A DNA stretch of 64,000 nucleotides from Acidobacteriota bacterium (lineage in GTDB: Bacteria > Acidobacteriota > Thermoanaerobaculia > Gp7-AA8), in NCBI GenBank assembly GCA_021781455.1, contig JAJXWV010000041.1, forward strand, positions 75,484 through 139,483, written 5' to 3'. Under the pieces are notes generated by a model. That model was not told the origin of the DNA. It worked only from the letters and a program-made list of their open reading frames with translations, and ran no database searches. Both the position numbers and the translations under genes were made by a program. Each line of letters begins with the position of its first letter. The first letter of the stretch is position 1. Below, in pieces: positions 1 to 9,752 of this stretch.

Positions 1-91
1 AATGCACCCGCCAGAATTGTGGGGCCACGGCGAAGAGACTCGAGGCGAAAGTGAGAAAGACCGTGATCAGTAGCGCGGTACGGAAGCGCAT
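1..91 (-). CDS. 5' end of a secreted hypothetical protein (partial; continues beyond the left edge)
   Basis: Minus-strand ATG at 91..89. It is followed by MRFRTALLITVFLTFASSLFAVAPQF, a hydrophobic signal-peptide-like N-terminus. The reading frame is open to position 1. Confidence 0.35.
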   Translation of the reverse strand, partial: MRFRTALLITVFLTFASSLFAVAPQFWRVH

Positions 92-101
92 GCACACCCT
101 T

Positions 102-178
102 CTGAGTGCTGAGTCCTGAGTGCTGGGTCCTGAGCGGTGTTCTCCACACTCAGGACTCAGGACTCAGGACTCAGGACT
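102..178. repeat. Family A inverted heptamer array, copy A1. Left arm CTGAGTG/CTGAGTC units, 14-nt spacer, right arm four CTCAGGA units.
   Basis: ctgagtgctgagtcctgagtgctgggtcctgag cggtgttctccaca ctcaggactcaggactcaggactcaggact. The arms are reverse complements of each other. Confidence 0.8.
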
Positions 179-184
179 CTCTTT

Positions 185-2056
185 TCAGATTTTCGGTTTG
201 ATGTCGAGGTCGATCTTCAGCGCGCCGTCGACGATGTAGTCGAGCGAATGCGCCTGATGCGCGGCGGCGAAGTATTTCACCGGAGCCTGGGCGGAATTCG
301 AAGTGTCGCCGCTTACAACGGCATTCATCGTCGGCGGCAGCATCGGCAGATAGGCGCCAGCTGCGACCGCACCTTCGCCCGACGAGTACAGCCCCACGGT
401 CAGATCCGTCGAAGGGCGCAGCCTTTTCAGGACCGCCAGCACCTGTTCGAGCGTCCGCGGATCGGGCGGGACGAGCGAGAAGTCGACCTGGTTGAGCACC
501 GTGCCACTGCCGATCAGCAGATAGGCGCTCCCGGTCGACTGATTCTCCGGGATCTTCACGTCGAACGTCTCCACGAACGGATCGCCGCGGAACGGCTTGA
601 GCGTGGCCCGGACCTTCACCGTGTCGCCCGGCGAGATGCGGCCGTTGTCGGGCGGGATGAGCGAGGCGTCCATGAGCCTGGCGGTGCGAAGGTGGTCGTC
701 GTGATGGAGATGGAGCTTGATCCCTTCGATCCGCACGTCGCGGAACTCGTTGGACATCAGGTAGCCCGAGACCACGGCCAGGTACGCCGGGATGGCGCTG
801 CGCGCCTGAGCGCCCGCCCATCCTTCGCGAAGGTGGATCGGAGGGAAACCCTTCAGGTCGATTTCCGAGTCCATCATCACGGTCCGCTCGCCGGCTGCTT
901 TCTGGGCATTGGCAACGACCGTGTCGGCGGCCATGGCCAGGATCAGCGGCGAGAGCTGGGAATGGCGAACGACGTTGACGTGATAGGTCTTTTCGGGGCC
1001 CGATCCGTCGACGGTGAGAGTCACGGGAATCGTGTGCGCCTTCTTCCCCACCTCGCCCATGATGCCGCTGGAGCGGTCCTGCTCGATCTCGCCGATGACC
1101 GGACCGGTGTTGGCCACCTTGAACGAGCTGGCCAGGCTGGGCATCACCGTGACGATCTCGGACTCCGCCATCGGGAAGCTGATCTCGCCGATGTCGAGGA
1201 AGGGATGGCCGAATGCGTAGACGTGGTCGCCGTCGATGTGCGTGACGGTTCCGGTGGCCGCGACGGTGAAGTCGCCGTCGAGCAGCACGGCGGCGATGGA
1301 GTCGCCGGGGGCGAAGCCCTTGCCTGGGGCGGGCGTGGTCGTGGCGCCCGTCGACGTGACGCCGCTCGGCACCGCCACGAATCCCATCTGATCGAGGTAA
1401 CGCCCGAACCTCTGGACGGTTTCCGGAGCGAAGCTCGACAGCGAGAGAGGCACGGCAATCGGTTTCGCGCCGGAAAGTGTGCTCATCTCCGTCGCGCCGA
1501 AGCTCGTGGCGATCTTGTCGAACACGGCGTCCGGCTTCGCGCTGGCCATCGCCTCGAGGAACTCAGGCGCTGAGATGCGCGGAGTGGCCGCGGCGAGGAC
1601 CCCGGAGGGCGTGCCGGCGCTGGCGATCTTGAGCATCTCGTCGATCGGGGTGATGCCGGCGATGGGCTCCTTGGCGAACTGCCAGCCATAGGCCAGCGCA
1701 CCGATGACCTTGCCGTCGATGTAGATCGGCGATCCGCTCATTCCGGCGATCACGCCGGAGCGCCGGACCTCGGGCGAGTCGACCTTGGCCAGGATGATGT
1801 TCTGGTCCGGGCCGATGTTGCGGAGGACGCCGATGATCTCGACATCGAAGCGCACCACCTTACTGCCTTCGAAGACGGTCAGGCCGTAGCCCTTCATGCC
1901 CTTCCGCACCTGCGAGAGGGGCATGGTCGAATCGGCCGTTGCGGCTGTGGCGATCAGGAAGAGGGCACAGATTGTCGGGATGAGCTTGCGCACGGAAGGA
2001 TCAACAGGTGCTCGAGAACGCGCGATTCCCGCCCGTTCCGTCGGCGTTCTGCGCAT
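185..2056 (-). CDS. Secreted serine peptidase (SpoIVB/S55-like GMSGSP active-site motif) with an N-terminal signal anchor
   Basis: The 664-aa minus ORF contains GMSGSPIYIDGKVIGALAYGW, which resembles the catalytic-serine motif of SpoIVB-type peptidases. Start is set at the internal Met (MRRTPTER...LIPTICALFLIATAATA signal) at 2056; the ORF-track start is 2179. This gene is last in the same strand block as the efflux operon. Confidence 0.55.
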   Translation of the reverse strand: MRRTPTERAGIARSRAPVDPSVRKLIPTICALFLIATAATADSTMPLSQVRKGMKGYGLTVFEGSKVVRFDVEIIGVLRNIGPDQNIILAKVDSPEVRRSGVIAGMSGSPIYIDGKVIGALAYGWQFAKEPIAGITPIDEMLKIASAGTPSGVLAAATPRISAPEFLEAMASAKPDAVFDKIATSFGATEMSTLSGAKPIAVPLSLSSFAPETVQRFGRYLDQMGFVAVPSGVTSTGATTTPAPGKGFAPGDSIAAVLLDGDFTVAATGTVTHIDGDHVYAFGHPFLDIGEISFPMAESEIVTVMPSLASSFKVANTGPVIGEIEQDRSSGIMGEVGKKAHTIPVTLTVDGSGPEKTYHVNVVRHSQLSPLILAMAADTVVANAQKAAGERTVMMDSEIDLKGFPPIHLREGWAGAQARSAIPAYLAVVSGYLMSNEFRDVRIEGIKLHLHHDDHLRTARLMDASLIPPDNGRISPGDTVKVRATLKPFRGDPFVETFDVKIPENQSTGSAYLLIGSGTVLNQVDFSLVPPDPRTLEQVLAVLKRLRPSTDLTVGLYSSGEGAVAAGAYLPMLPPTMNAVVSGDTSNSAQAPVKYFAAAHQAHSLDYIVDGALKIDLDIKPKI

Positions 2057-2182
2057 GGTGTCTTTCTCTCCACGGCGGACGGGAAGCATAACGGCTGCCC
2101 AGGGAACCGCGTCCGGCATCGAGCCGGACCGAAGCCGCCGGGCTGGAAGGCCGCTGGCCGGCGGGCAGGATGCCCGCACTCC

Positions 2183-3406
2183 TCACTCGTAGCGGAGCGC
2201 TTCGATCGGGTCGAGCTTGGAGGCTTTGGCGGCTGGATAGATTCCGAAAAGAATGCCGAGAAAAGCGCAGAAGCCGAAGGCCAGGGCGATCGCCCAGATG
2301 GGCGTGTGCACCGGAGGCAGCTCGACGAACTTCTTCAGACCGAACCGGGCAGCTGTTGCCAGGCCGTAACCGCCGGCCACGCCAATGACGCCGCCGAGGG
2401 CCGAGAGGGCGATGGCTTCGATGAGGAACTGCACGAGCACGTCGCGCCGACGCGCCCCGATCGACTTGCGGATTCCGATCTCCCGGGTCCGTTCGGTGAC
2501 CGAGACCAGCATGATGTTCATGATCCCGATGCCGCCGACGAGCAGCGCGATGCCGACCACTGCGGCCATGATCAGCGTGATGTTCAGCAGCACGGTCGAG
2601 ATCGTCTTCATCAGCTCTTCCTGAGCGATGATGCGGAAATCGTTGGGATCGCCTTTCTTGAGGTGATGGCGGGCGCGAAGCACCTCGGTGACCTGCTCGC
2701 GCGCCAGATCGAGATCGCTGCCGGGGCGCATCTGGAACGCCAGCACGAGCTTGCGCATGTTCTCGCTCCCGAAGATCACCGTGGCGGTGGAGAACGGGAT
2801 CAGGACGATGTCGTCCTGGTTGTTTCCGAACGTGCCACCCTTCTTCTCCATGATTCCCACCACCGTGAAGGTGGTGTTATTGATCTGGATGAGCTTGCCG
2901 ATCGGATTGGTGCCGAGCTTGAGCTTCTCCACGACGTCCAGCCCGATCGTGCAGACGTCTTTGCGGCCATCCTGGTCGATGGGTGTGAAGAAGCGTCCGT
3001 GCTCGACCCAGTGGTTGACGATCTCCTGGTAGACGTCGCTGACCGCATACAACTGCACCTGGTGATGAGCGTCGCCGTACTTGAGCGAGGCGTTGGCGAT
3101 GTAGATGGGGGTGAACTCGCCGATGGCCGTCGTGGCGCGGCGCACGGCATTGGCGTCGTCGATGGTGAGGTCGGGCAGTTTCTGCAGAAACGGGTTCCGC
3201 TGCTCGCCGGGATCGGGATAGACCTCGATGAAGTTCGATCCGATGCCCTGCAGGTTCTGGGAGATGTTGTACTGCATTCCCTGGACGAGCGAAACGACGG
3301 CGATGACCGAAGCCACCCCGATCATGATGCCGAGCACGGTCAGGATCGAGCGGAGCTTGCTGGCCCAGATGGCACGCAGGGCGATCTTTATGTTTTCGAG
3401 GAGCAT
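2183..3406 (-). CDS. macB: MacB-type ABC transporter permease (FtsX fold, MacB periplasmic domain)
   Basis: MLLENIKIALRAIWASKLRSILTVLGIMIGVASVIAVVSL ... DPIEALRYE, the typical MacB/LolE permease architecture. Start is moved to Met at 3406 because the upstream 30 codons of the ORF-track model are the family A repeat translated (STQHSVLSTKK). The start is 5 nt after the stop of the four-helix-bundle gene. Confidence 0.85.
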   Translation of the reverse strand: MLLENIKIALRAIWASKLRSILTVLGIMIGVASVIAVVSLVQGMQYNISQNLQGIGSNFIEVYPDPGEQRNPFLQKLPDLTIDDANAVRRATTAIGEFTPIYIANASLKYGDAHHQVQLYAVSDVYQEIVNHWVEHGRFFTPIDQDGRKDVCTIGLDVVEKLKLGTNPIGKLIQINNTTFTVVGIMEKKGGTFGNNQDDIVLIPFSTATVIFGSENMRKLVLAFQMRPGSDLDLAREQVTEVLRARHHLKKGDPNDFRIIAQEELMKTISTVLLNITLIMAAVVGIALLVGGIGIMNIMLVSVTERTREIGIRKSIGARRRDVLVQFLIEAIALSALGGVIGVAGGYGLATAARFGLKKFVELPPVHTPIWAIALAFGFCAFLGILFGIYPAAKASKLDPIEALRYE

Positions 3407-3410
3407 CTTT

Positions 3411-3818
3411 TTAGTGCTGAGTACTGAGTGCTGAGTACTGAGTGTGATTGCGCGGGCCTGCAATCGAGGCCCGTAAACCGCCGATGATCCGGCCAACTTC
3501 TTCAGCTCGTTCGAGGAGCACTTTCAGCGCCGGTTCGCTGATGTAGTCGACATCGAAGGCAATGTAGAGCTGTGTTCTCAGCTCGGCACAGGAGCCCTTC
3601 GCCACCGAAAGGAACTGGTGAAATTCCGAGCGGCGTGCGCGCTCGAATCCCTCCGCGATATTGGAAGGAATGGAGACGGCTGCTCGCCGAATCTGATCCT
3701 GCAAAGAACGGTCAGTCCAGAACGGCCTGCGGCGAGTGACGACGTAGACATCGCGCACGAGCGTTCGGGCCTTTTGCCATGCGATGAGATCCTCGAAGCG
3801 ATCAACTCGTTTTGCCAT
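3411..3818 (-). CDS. Four-helix-bundle protein (TIGR02436 / 23S rRNA intervening-sequence protein family)
   Basis: 135 aa. MAKRVDRFEDLIAWQKARTLVRDVYVVTRR...IPSNIAEGFERARRSEFHQFLSVAKGSCAELRTQLYIA matches the conserved core of the family (IPSNIAEG, GS..EL..QL). The gene sits between the macB ATPase and permease genes and is flanked on both sides by family A arrays. Confidence 0.8.
   Translation of the reverse strand: MAKRVDRFEDLIAWQKARTLVRDVYVVTRRRPFWTDRSLQDQIRRAAVSIPSNIAEGFERARRSEFHQFLSVAKGSCAELRTQLYIAFDVDYISEPALKVLLERAEEVGRIIGGLRASIAGPRNHTQYSALSTQH
3413..3445. repeat. Family A heptamer array, copy A2, CTGAGTA/CTGAGTG orientation. Left arm of the pair that brackets the four-helix-bundle gene.
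   Basis: gtgctgagtactgagtgctgagtactgagtg. It overlaps the 3' end of the four-helix-bundle CDS (encoding ...YSALSTQH). Confidence 0.8.
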
Positions 3819-3873
3819 GAGTTGATTGTCCCTCGGTCTACGAGAATCGGCGAAAACTCTACCCCGCGAAGAC

Positions 3874-3937
3874 TCACTCAGTACTCAGCACTCAGTACTC
3901 AGCACTCAGTACTCAGCACTCAGTACTCAGTACTCGG
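3874..3937. repeat. Family A heptamer array, copy A3, CTCAGTA/CTCAGCA orientation. Right arm of the pair around the four-helix-bundle gene.
   Basis: ctcagtactcagcactcagtactcagcactcagtactcagcactcagtactcagtactcgg, nine tandem heptamers that end at the macB ATPase stop codon. Confidence 0.85.
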
Positions 3938-3938
3938 C

Positions 3939-4631
3939 TCAGACGATCTTCCCATCCCGAATGTGGATGATCCTCTTCGCTTCGTGGGCCACGTCGTCTT
4001 CGTGGGTGACCATGATGATCGAGTTCCCGCGGTTGTGGAGCTCGCGGAAGAGGTCGAGGATCTCGCGGCCCGTCTTGGAATCGAGGTTTCCGGTGGGCTC
4101 GTCCGCCAGCAGCAACGACGGGCGATTGACGAGAGCTCGGGCGATGGCCACGCGCTGGCGCTGACCGCCGGAGAGCTCGTTCGGCTGGTGGTTCATGCGT
4201 TCGCGCAGGCCGACCGCCGCCAGAGCCTCTTCGGCCAGATCGCGGCGCTCGTGACGCGGGATTTTGGCGTAGATCAGCGGAAGCTCCACGTTCTGCAGGG
4301 CCGTCGTGCGCGGCAGGAGATTGAAGGTCTGGAAGACGAACCCGATCTTCTTGTTGCGGATCGCCGCCAGCTCGTCGTCGTCCATCGACTCCACGGGCGT
4401 GCCGTCGAGCAGGTACTTCCCGTCGGTGGGCCGGTCGAGGCAACCGATGATGTTCATCAGCGTCGATTTTCCGGAGCCTGACGGACCCATGATGGCCACG
4501 TACTCGCCGTTCTCGATGATCAGGTCGACGCCGCTGAGGGCATAGATCTGCTGCGGACCGAGCTCGTACACGCGCTTCAGCCCGTGCATCTCGATCAGGT
4601 TCGCCGGAGCCGATTCTGCGACAGCGCTCAT
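3939..4631 (-). CDS. macB: MacB/LolD-type ABC transporter ATP-binding protein
   Basis: Walker [11 protein letters not shown]-loop, signature [15 protein letters not shown], Walker [14 protein letters not shown]-loop MVTHE. 230 aa. Confidence 0.9.
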   Translation of the reverse strand: MSAVAESAPANLIEMHGLKRVYELGPQQIYALSGVDLIIENGEYVAIMGPSGSGKSTLMNIIGCLDRPTDGKYLLDGTPVESMDDDELAAIRNKKIGFVFQTFNLLPRTTALQNVELPLIYAKIPRHERRDLAEEALAAVGLRERMNHQPNELSGGQRQRVAIARALVNRPSLLLADEPTGNLDSKTGREILDLFRELHNRGNSIIMVTHEDDVAHEAKRIIHIRDGKIV

Positions 4632-5858
4632 GATTGGGTGGTTTCCTTCGTCGTGGTGTTTTCTTTCGTGATCTCGACGGCATCGCCGTCGTGCAGCTTC
4701 TTGAGCGTGCGGAACGGGCCGGTCACGATGGAATCGCCGCTCTTGATGCCGGAGGTGATGGCCACGTGCGTGGCATCGCTGATTCCGGTCTGCACCTCGA
4801 CCATACGAACTTTCCCGTCGTTCACCACAAATACGTACTTTTTCCGGGGAAGATTCTCGTCCGAGGAGTCTTCTTCACCTTTTTTTGCTCCCGGGACGCG
4901 CTCGACGACGCTTTGGATCGGCACCGACACCGTGTTCGGGGCCACGTTGGTCACGATCGAGACCTGGGAGCTCATACCCGGCCGGAGGCGGTCGTCGGGG
5001 TTGTCGATCAGCACCTTGACGGTGAAGTAGCGCACGCCGCTGCCGGCGCTCTGGCGGATGTTCGCGGAGCTGCCGATCTCGCTGACGTGTCCCGAGTATT
5101 CCTTGTCCGGCACGGCGTCCACGTGAATTCTGCCGGCCTGGCCGACGCGGATCCCGACGATGTCGGTCTCCCCCACCTCGGCGTTAACCAGGATCTGCGA
5201 GAGATCGGCGATGACGGCGATGACCGAGCCGGGATTGTTCATCGTGCCGGTGATCACCACTTCACCCTCGCGGGCGCTGAGCTGGACCACCTTGCCGTCG
5301 ATCGGCGAGCTGATGGTGGTGTGGGAAAGGTCGGTCTCGGCCTGCACGAGCGCGTCCCGGGCCTGACGTACCCCCTGCTCGGCCGAGCTGTATCCGGCGC
5401 GGGCATTGTCGTAGGCCAGTTTGGCCTGGTCGAACAGCTCCTGCGAGTTGATGCCCTGCTTCTGAAGGTTCACGGCGCGGTCATAGGCGAGTTTGGCGGT
5501 GGCGAGTGCCACGCGGCTGCGCTCCACTTCGATGCGACCGTTCTCGACCATCGATCGCATGCGGTCGCGCGCCGCGACGAACGAGGCGCGCTCGAGATCG
5601 ACGAGCTTCTGCCCCTTCTTCACGTAATCGCCTTCGTTGAAGTAGAGCTTCTCGATCTTGCCGATCACGTAGGCGCTGATGTTGACCTGCAGCTTCGGGT
5701 CGATCTCGCCGGGCGCGGTGACCACGGCCTCGATCTTCCGAGGCACGGCCTTCTCGGCGTAGACCTTTTCGGCGTTGCCGCCTCCGCTGCGGATGCTGAA
5801 ATAAACGATCGCGCCAATGAGGACGACGGCCGCCGCGATGATCAGCGGTCGCTTCACT
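4628..5858 (-). CDS. macA: Efflux periplasmic adaptor subunit (HlyD/MacA family)
   Basis: N-terminal TM anchor ([20 protein letters not shown]), coiled-coil region, beta-barrel and MP domains ([12 protein letters not shown]...[18 protein letters not shown]). Start is set at GTG 5858, overlapping the Yip1 stop by 4 nt. The ORF-track start at 6106 would overlap the Yip1 gene. Confidence 0.8.
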
Positions 5859-6615
5859 TCATCCTCGACGCCTGCAACACCGCGAAGGCCACCTTGACGG
5901 CTACCGCGAGCACCCACAGCGAGATCACGATCGTCGCCGACTTGCTCCTGGACAGCTTCGACATCGCCGCGTAGCCGATGATGAGCAGCACGAGGGCCCA
6001 GATCGTGAAGATGTCCAGTGAGCCGAGGAGCGCCGCCTGGACGGGCTGCAGCCTGTGATCGACGAGGAAGGAAAGGTTCGAGCGGACGGGATTGCTGAGA
6101 TCCCACGCCGTGAGGTCCCTCCGGTTCAGAAGAACGATTGTGGCCACGGCGGCGTGGAGCAGGAGCGGGTACCAGCCGTAAACCAGAATCGAGAAGGCCT
6201 GCTTGTAGTCGCCTTCTCCTCCAAAAAGCCGGAAGGCGATGAGGAAGATGCCCGCCACGATGGCCAGAACGATCAGCTGCAGAACGGGGGACGCGTACGT
6301 GGCGGCCTTGGCGACGGCCGCCCCGAAGCGGACGGCGCGTGCCATCTGGTCGGGCGTCATCTCCGACGCCCGTGGCGACTGTTGGATGCTGTCGCGCGTG
6401 ATGGATGCGAAATCGATGTGCCGGACAAGCAGCACGTTCGCCGTCAGCGAGATGGCGATCAGGATCAGCAGCGGGACGAGGATGTCGGGCCGGCGCGCGA
6501 TCGATTCGAGCGTCTCCACGGGCGAGAAGAACACGCCCATGATCCGCTGAAAAGAGTTGACCTTCGTCCCGGCCGCATTTGGCTGCGGGGCAACCGGCTC
6601 GACGTCTGCCGTCAT
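5854..6615 (-). CDS. Yip1-domain integral membrane protein
   Basis: 253 aa with five hydrophobic segments after an N-terminal soluble segment (FFSPVETLESIARRPDILVPLLILIAISL...), typical of the Yip1 family. It is translationally coupled to the upstream tolC and the downstream macA. Confidence 0.65.
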   Translation of the reverse strand: MTADVEPVAPQPNAAGTKVNSFQRIMGVFFSPVETLESIARRPDILVPLLILIAISLTANVLLVRHIDFASITRDSIQQSPRASEMTPDQMARAVRFGAAVAKAATYASPVLQLIVLAIVAGIFLIAFRLFGGEGDYKQAFSILVYGWYPLLLHAAVATIVLLNRRDLTAWDLSNPVRSNLSFLVDHRLQPVQAALLGSLDIFTIWALVLLIIGYAAMSKLSRSKSATIVISLWVLAVAVKVAFAVLQASRMK

Positions 6616-6616
6616 C

Positions 6617-8326
6617 TCATTGTCCGCCTTCCAGATGGGCGTGACTTGCGTAGTTCAGCCAATTGTATCGGTCCCAACTCGAGAAGATGTGCGGCTCGTC
6701 GACCGGCGCAACGTCGGTCTTGATGCCCTGAACGTCGAGCAGATCGCCGACCTGGCGGTGATAAGCGGCCACGGCCTTGTTGTACCCGACGAGGGCCTGA
6801 AGCTCGTTCGCGCGTGCGGTCGAGAGCTGCTGCTGGATCTGCAGCACTTCGAAGTTCGTGGCCATGCCGTTCTCGTAGCGCTTGCGCTCGGCGGCCAGGT
6901 TCTCCTCGGCCGCCTCGCGCGCGGTGCGCGTCGCCGAGATCTGGCGCGCGGTCGTGTCGATGGCCCGGGCCGTCTGCCGGACGGCCGTGGCGATCGTCTG
7001 CCGGGTCTGGTCCTCGCTGACGCGCGATTCTTCCCAGTCCAGCCGCGAGCGCCTCGCTTCCGCTTTTGCGGCAATGTTGAGGATCGGCATGCCGACGTTG
7101 AACCCCACCGTCCATGCCGGAAAGTCAATGCCGGCAACCTGCGAGAGTGCGTGCGTGTACCCGGTGGTCAGGGTCTGGCCAGTGGGCTGTCCGGTCACGG
7201 GATCGTTCAGGAACTCCGTTCCCGCGAGACCGGAGGCCGAGTAGTTTGCGACGAAGTCGACCCGCGGCAGGACCTGGTTCTTCGCGTAGAGGTACTGAAC
7301 CCGCTTGTTCGCCGTGCCCAGCTGCGTTTCCTTCAGCTCCGGACGGAGATCGTAGGCGCGGGCGACCGCCTGCGCGACATCGACCGTCATCGGAGTGTAG
7401 GTGACGTTGTCGGTAGGGATGATTGGCCGGCCCCAGTCGCCAGGAGCCAGATTCAACAATGCGCGCAGGCGATCCTCTGCATCGCGAACTGCCGCGACCG
7501 CGTTGATCAGGTCTTCTTCGGTCGTGGCGATCTGCACTCGCGGCTGGAGGATGTCCAGCGGCGCAGAGGCGCCCACATTGATCCGGATCTGGGTGATGCG
7601 GGCCTGGTCTCTAGCCAGGAACACCGCCTCCTTCGCCACGTCGACGAACCGCCGCGCGTAGACGAGATCGAGATAGGCCTGCTCGGTCGCGGAAACCGTG
7701 TCCATCAACATGCCCCGGAACGCCTCGCGGCTGATCCCGAGGTTGTTGCGCGCGATCGTGATGCCGCGGCGCGTGATGTCCACGCCGAAGTTCCGCAGCA
7801 ACGGCTGCGTGAACTGGAAGTTCAGCGAGCTGGTGATCGAGGGGTTCACCGTGCTGAATCGGTTGTTCGATCGGTTCCACGCATTCGAAAAGCCGACGCT
7901 ATACGAACCGCCCGTCGGGATCTCCTGCGAGACAGCCGCGTTGGCCACCGTCGCGCTGCTCGATGAAGACTGCACCTGCGACGCGACGGCAGACTTCGTG
8001 CTCGACCGCTGCAGCAATCCGCTGCCCAGCCAGTCGAAGATGCCGTGCGACTCGATGAGGAGCTGGCCGGATTTGTCGTACTCGTACTTCTGCAGGTCGA
8101 CGCCGAGGTTCTGGCGCACCGACGTGTCGATGGCGTCATTCATCGAGAGTTTGATCGCCTGCGGATTGTTGATGTCCTGGTCGGTGTCGGCCGTGACCGG
8201 CGGGGTCTCGCGCGGCACCTCGACCGTGGTGGTCGTTGCGGTAGTCGTCGTCGGCGGCGTCTGCGCAGCCAGAGTTCCGGCCGTAACGGCACAGACGATG
8301 ATCAGCAACCGTCGAAACGCGGTCAT
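6617..8326 (-). CDS. TolC-family outer-membrane efflux protein
   Basis: Signal peptide MTAFRRLLIIVCAVTAGTLAAQ, a Thr/Pro-rich linker, then two repeats of the OEP helical/beta-barrel pattern (...AEENLAAERKRYENGMATNFEVLQIQQQL...). Start is moved to Met at 8326. Confidence 0.8.
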   Translation of the reverse strand: MTAFRRLLIIVCAVTAGTLAAQTPPTTTTATTTTVEVPRETPPVTADTDQDINNPQAIKLSMNDAIDTSVRQNLGVDLQKYEYDKSGQLLIESHGIFDWLGSGLLQRSSTKSAVASQVQSSSSSATVANAAVSQEIPTGGSYSVGFSNAWNRSNNRFSTVNPSITSSLNFQFTQPLLRNFGVDITRRGITIARNNLGISREAFRGMLMDTVSATEQAYLDLVYARRFVDVAKEAVFLARDQARITQIRINVGASAPLDILQPRVQIATTEEDLINAVAAVRDAEDRLRALLNLAPGDWGRPIIPTDNVTYTPMTVDVAQAVARAYDLRPELKETQLGTANKRVQYLYAKNQVLPRVDFVANYSASGLAGTEFLNDPVTGQPTGQTLTTGYTHALSQVAGIDFPAWTVGFNVGMPILNIAAKAEARRSRLDWEESRVSEDQTRQTIATAVRQTARAIDTTARQISATRTAREAAEENLAAERKRYENGMATNFEVLQIQQQLSTARANELQALVGYNKAVAAYHRQVGDLLDVQGIKTDVAPVDEPHIFSSWDRYNWLNYASHAHLEGGQ

Positions 8327-8543
8327 GTTGTAAGTCCTCCTAGACACGCCTCTTGTACGTAAGGCTCAGGGTGAGAGTTTCGAGAGTCGAAGGGGCGGCC
8401 GATTCGAGCGTGCATTGTACCGGCAGCATCCGATTTCAGTACGACACGGGATGGAAAACGTGGAACGGGCGTTCAACGCCGCCCAAAGTGATGACTTCCC
8501 GCCGCTTCCGCGGTTGCGCCGCGTAGGCCCAGGCGCTTCGCGC

Positions 8544-9725
8544 TCAGGCGGGCGCGGCAATCCCTTCTGGATCGACGGCCCGCGCGGTCTCCGGGATCGG
8601 ATCGCCGGCGAAGTGACATGCAGCGAACTGACCAGGGCCGTACCCGACCAGAGGCGGAACCTGGTCGTGGCAGATCGGGAACTGCGCGATCGGACAGCGG
8701 GTGTGGAAGACGCAGCCGCTGGGCGGATTGATCGGCGTCGGGATGTCGCCCTTGAGCAGGATCCGCTTCTTCTTCACGGTCGGATCGGGCACCGGCACAG
8801 CGGACAGCAGCGCCTTTGTGTACGGGTGCAGCGGATTCTCGTACAGGGCCTCGCGGCCGGCGATCTCCATGATCTTGCCGAGGTACATCACGGCCACGCG
8901 CGTGGAGATGTGCTCGACGACCGAGAGATCGTGGGCGATGAAGAGGTACGTCAGACCTAACTCCTCCTGCAGATCCTGGAGAAGGTTGACGACCTGCGCC
9001 TGCACTGAGACGTCGAGCGCGGAGACGGGCTCGTCGAGCACGAGAAACTTCGGATTGGTGGCCAGGGCCCGGGCCACGCCGACCCGTTGCCTCTGACCGC
9101 CTGAGAACTCGTGTGGATAGCGCCTGCGATATTCCGGCTGCAGCCCCACGCGCTCCAGCAGTTGCGCGACACGCTCGTCGCGCTGGGAGCCGTTCATCCC
9201 GCCGTGGATGATCAACGGCTCGGCGATGATCGTTCCCACGGTCATGCGCGGGTTCAGCGACGCGTACGGGTCCTGAAAGACGATCTGCATGTCGCGGCGC
9301 AGGCGGCGCATGCCGCCCGAGTCGAGCGCGATCACGTTCGTGCCCTCGAACTCGATCGTGCCGGACGTCGGCTCGATGAGCCGCAGGATGCAGCGGCCGA
9401 CGGTGGTCTTGCCCGATCCTGACTCGCCCACGAGGCCGAGAGTCTCGCCATGGCCGACTCCGAAGCTCACGCCGTCGACGGCCTTCACCTGTGCCACGGT
9501 CCGGGCAAGCACTCCCCGCTTCACCGGAAAGTATTTCGTCAGGTCACGGACGATCAGCAGCTGCTCGTGGTTTCCCGCCGGGAGGACCGGCGCGGTCTGA
9601 GACTGCGATCGCTCGCGTGGGTCATGCGGCTTTGGGCCGGCCGGCATGTCGCCTGCCGATCCCGCGCGCGCGGGCGCGGAGCCGTCGCCGAAGAAGGGAC
9701 GATCCTTCGCGTCAGGCACGGCCAC
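8544..9725 (-). CDS. Oligopeptide/dipeptide ABC transporter ATP-binding protein (OppF/DppF-like, with C-terminal oligopeptide TOBE domain)
   Basis: Walker [10 protein letters not shown], signature [15 protein letters not shown], Walker [12 protein letters not shown]-terminal [12 protein letters not shown]. The N-terminal ~60 codons are low complexity, so the true start may be internal (for example Met at about 9647). Confidence 0.8.
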   Translation of the reverse strand: MAVPDAKDRPFFGDGSAPARAGSAGDMPAGPKPHDPRERSQSQTAPVLPAGNHEQLLIVRDLTKYFPVKRGVLARTVAQVKAVDGVSFGVGHGETLGLVGESGSGKTTVGRCILRLIEPTSGTIEFEGTNVIALDSGGMRRLRRDMQIVFQDPYASLNPRMTVGTIIAEPLIIHGGMNGSQRDERVAQLLERVGLQPEYRRRYPHEFSGGQRQRVGVARALATNPKFLVLDEPVSALDVSVQAQVVNLLQDLQEELGLTYLFIAHDLSVVEHISTRVAVMYLGKIMEIAGREALYENPLHPYTKALLSAVPVPDPTVKKKRILLKGDIPTPINPPSGCVFHTRCPIAQFPICHDQVPPLVGYGPGQFAACHFAGDPIPETARAVDPEGIAAPA

Positions 9726-9752
9726 CGCCCTCCCGAATGTTCAACATCTTTC

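Noticed and set aside
137-1573. 478-aa plus-strand ORF overlapping the serine peptidase gene.
   Set aside because: Antisense to a gene with recognisable motifs. Arg/Gly/Asp-rich composition typical of spurious open frames in high-GC DNA. The same applies to the long antisense ORFs at 2306-3427, 4634-5974, 6557-7966, 13324-14457, 14367-15452, 15483-16415, 17925-19418, 19485-20513, 20523-21800, 22431-23474, 38308-40020, 40850-41791, 41870-43030, 50767-52470, 55211-55891, 57408-58814 and 59834-60733.
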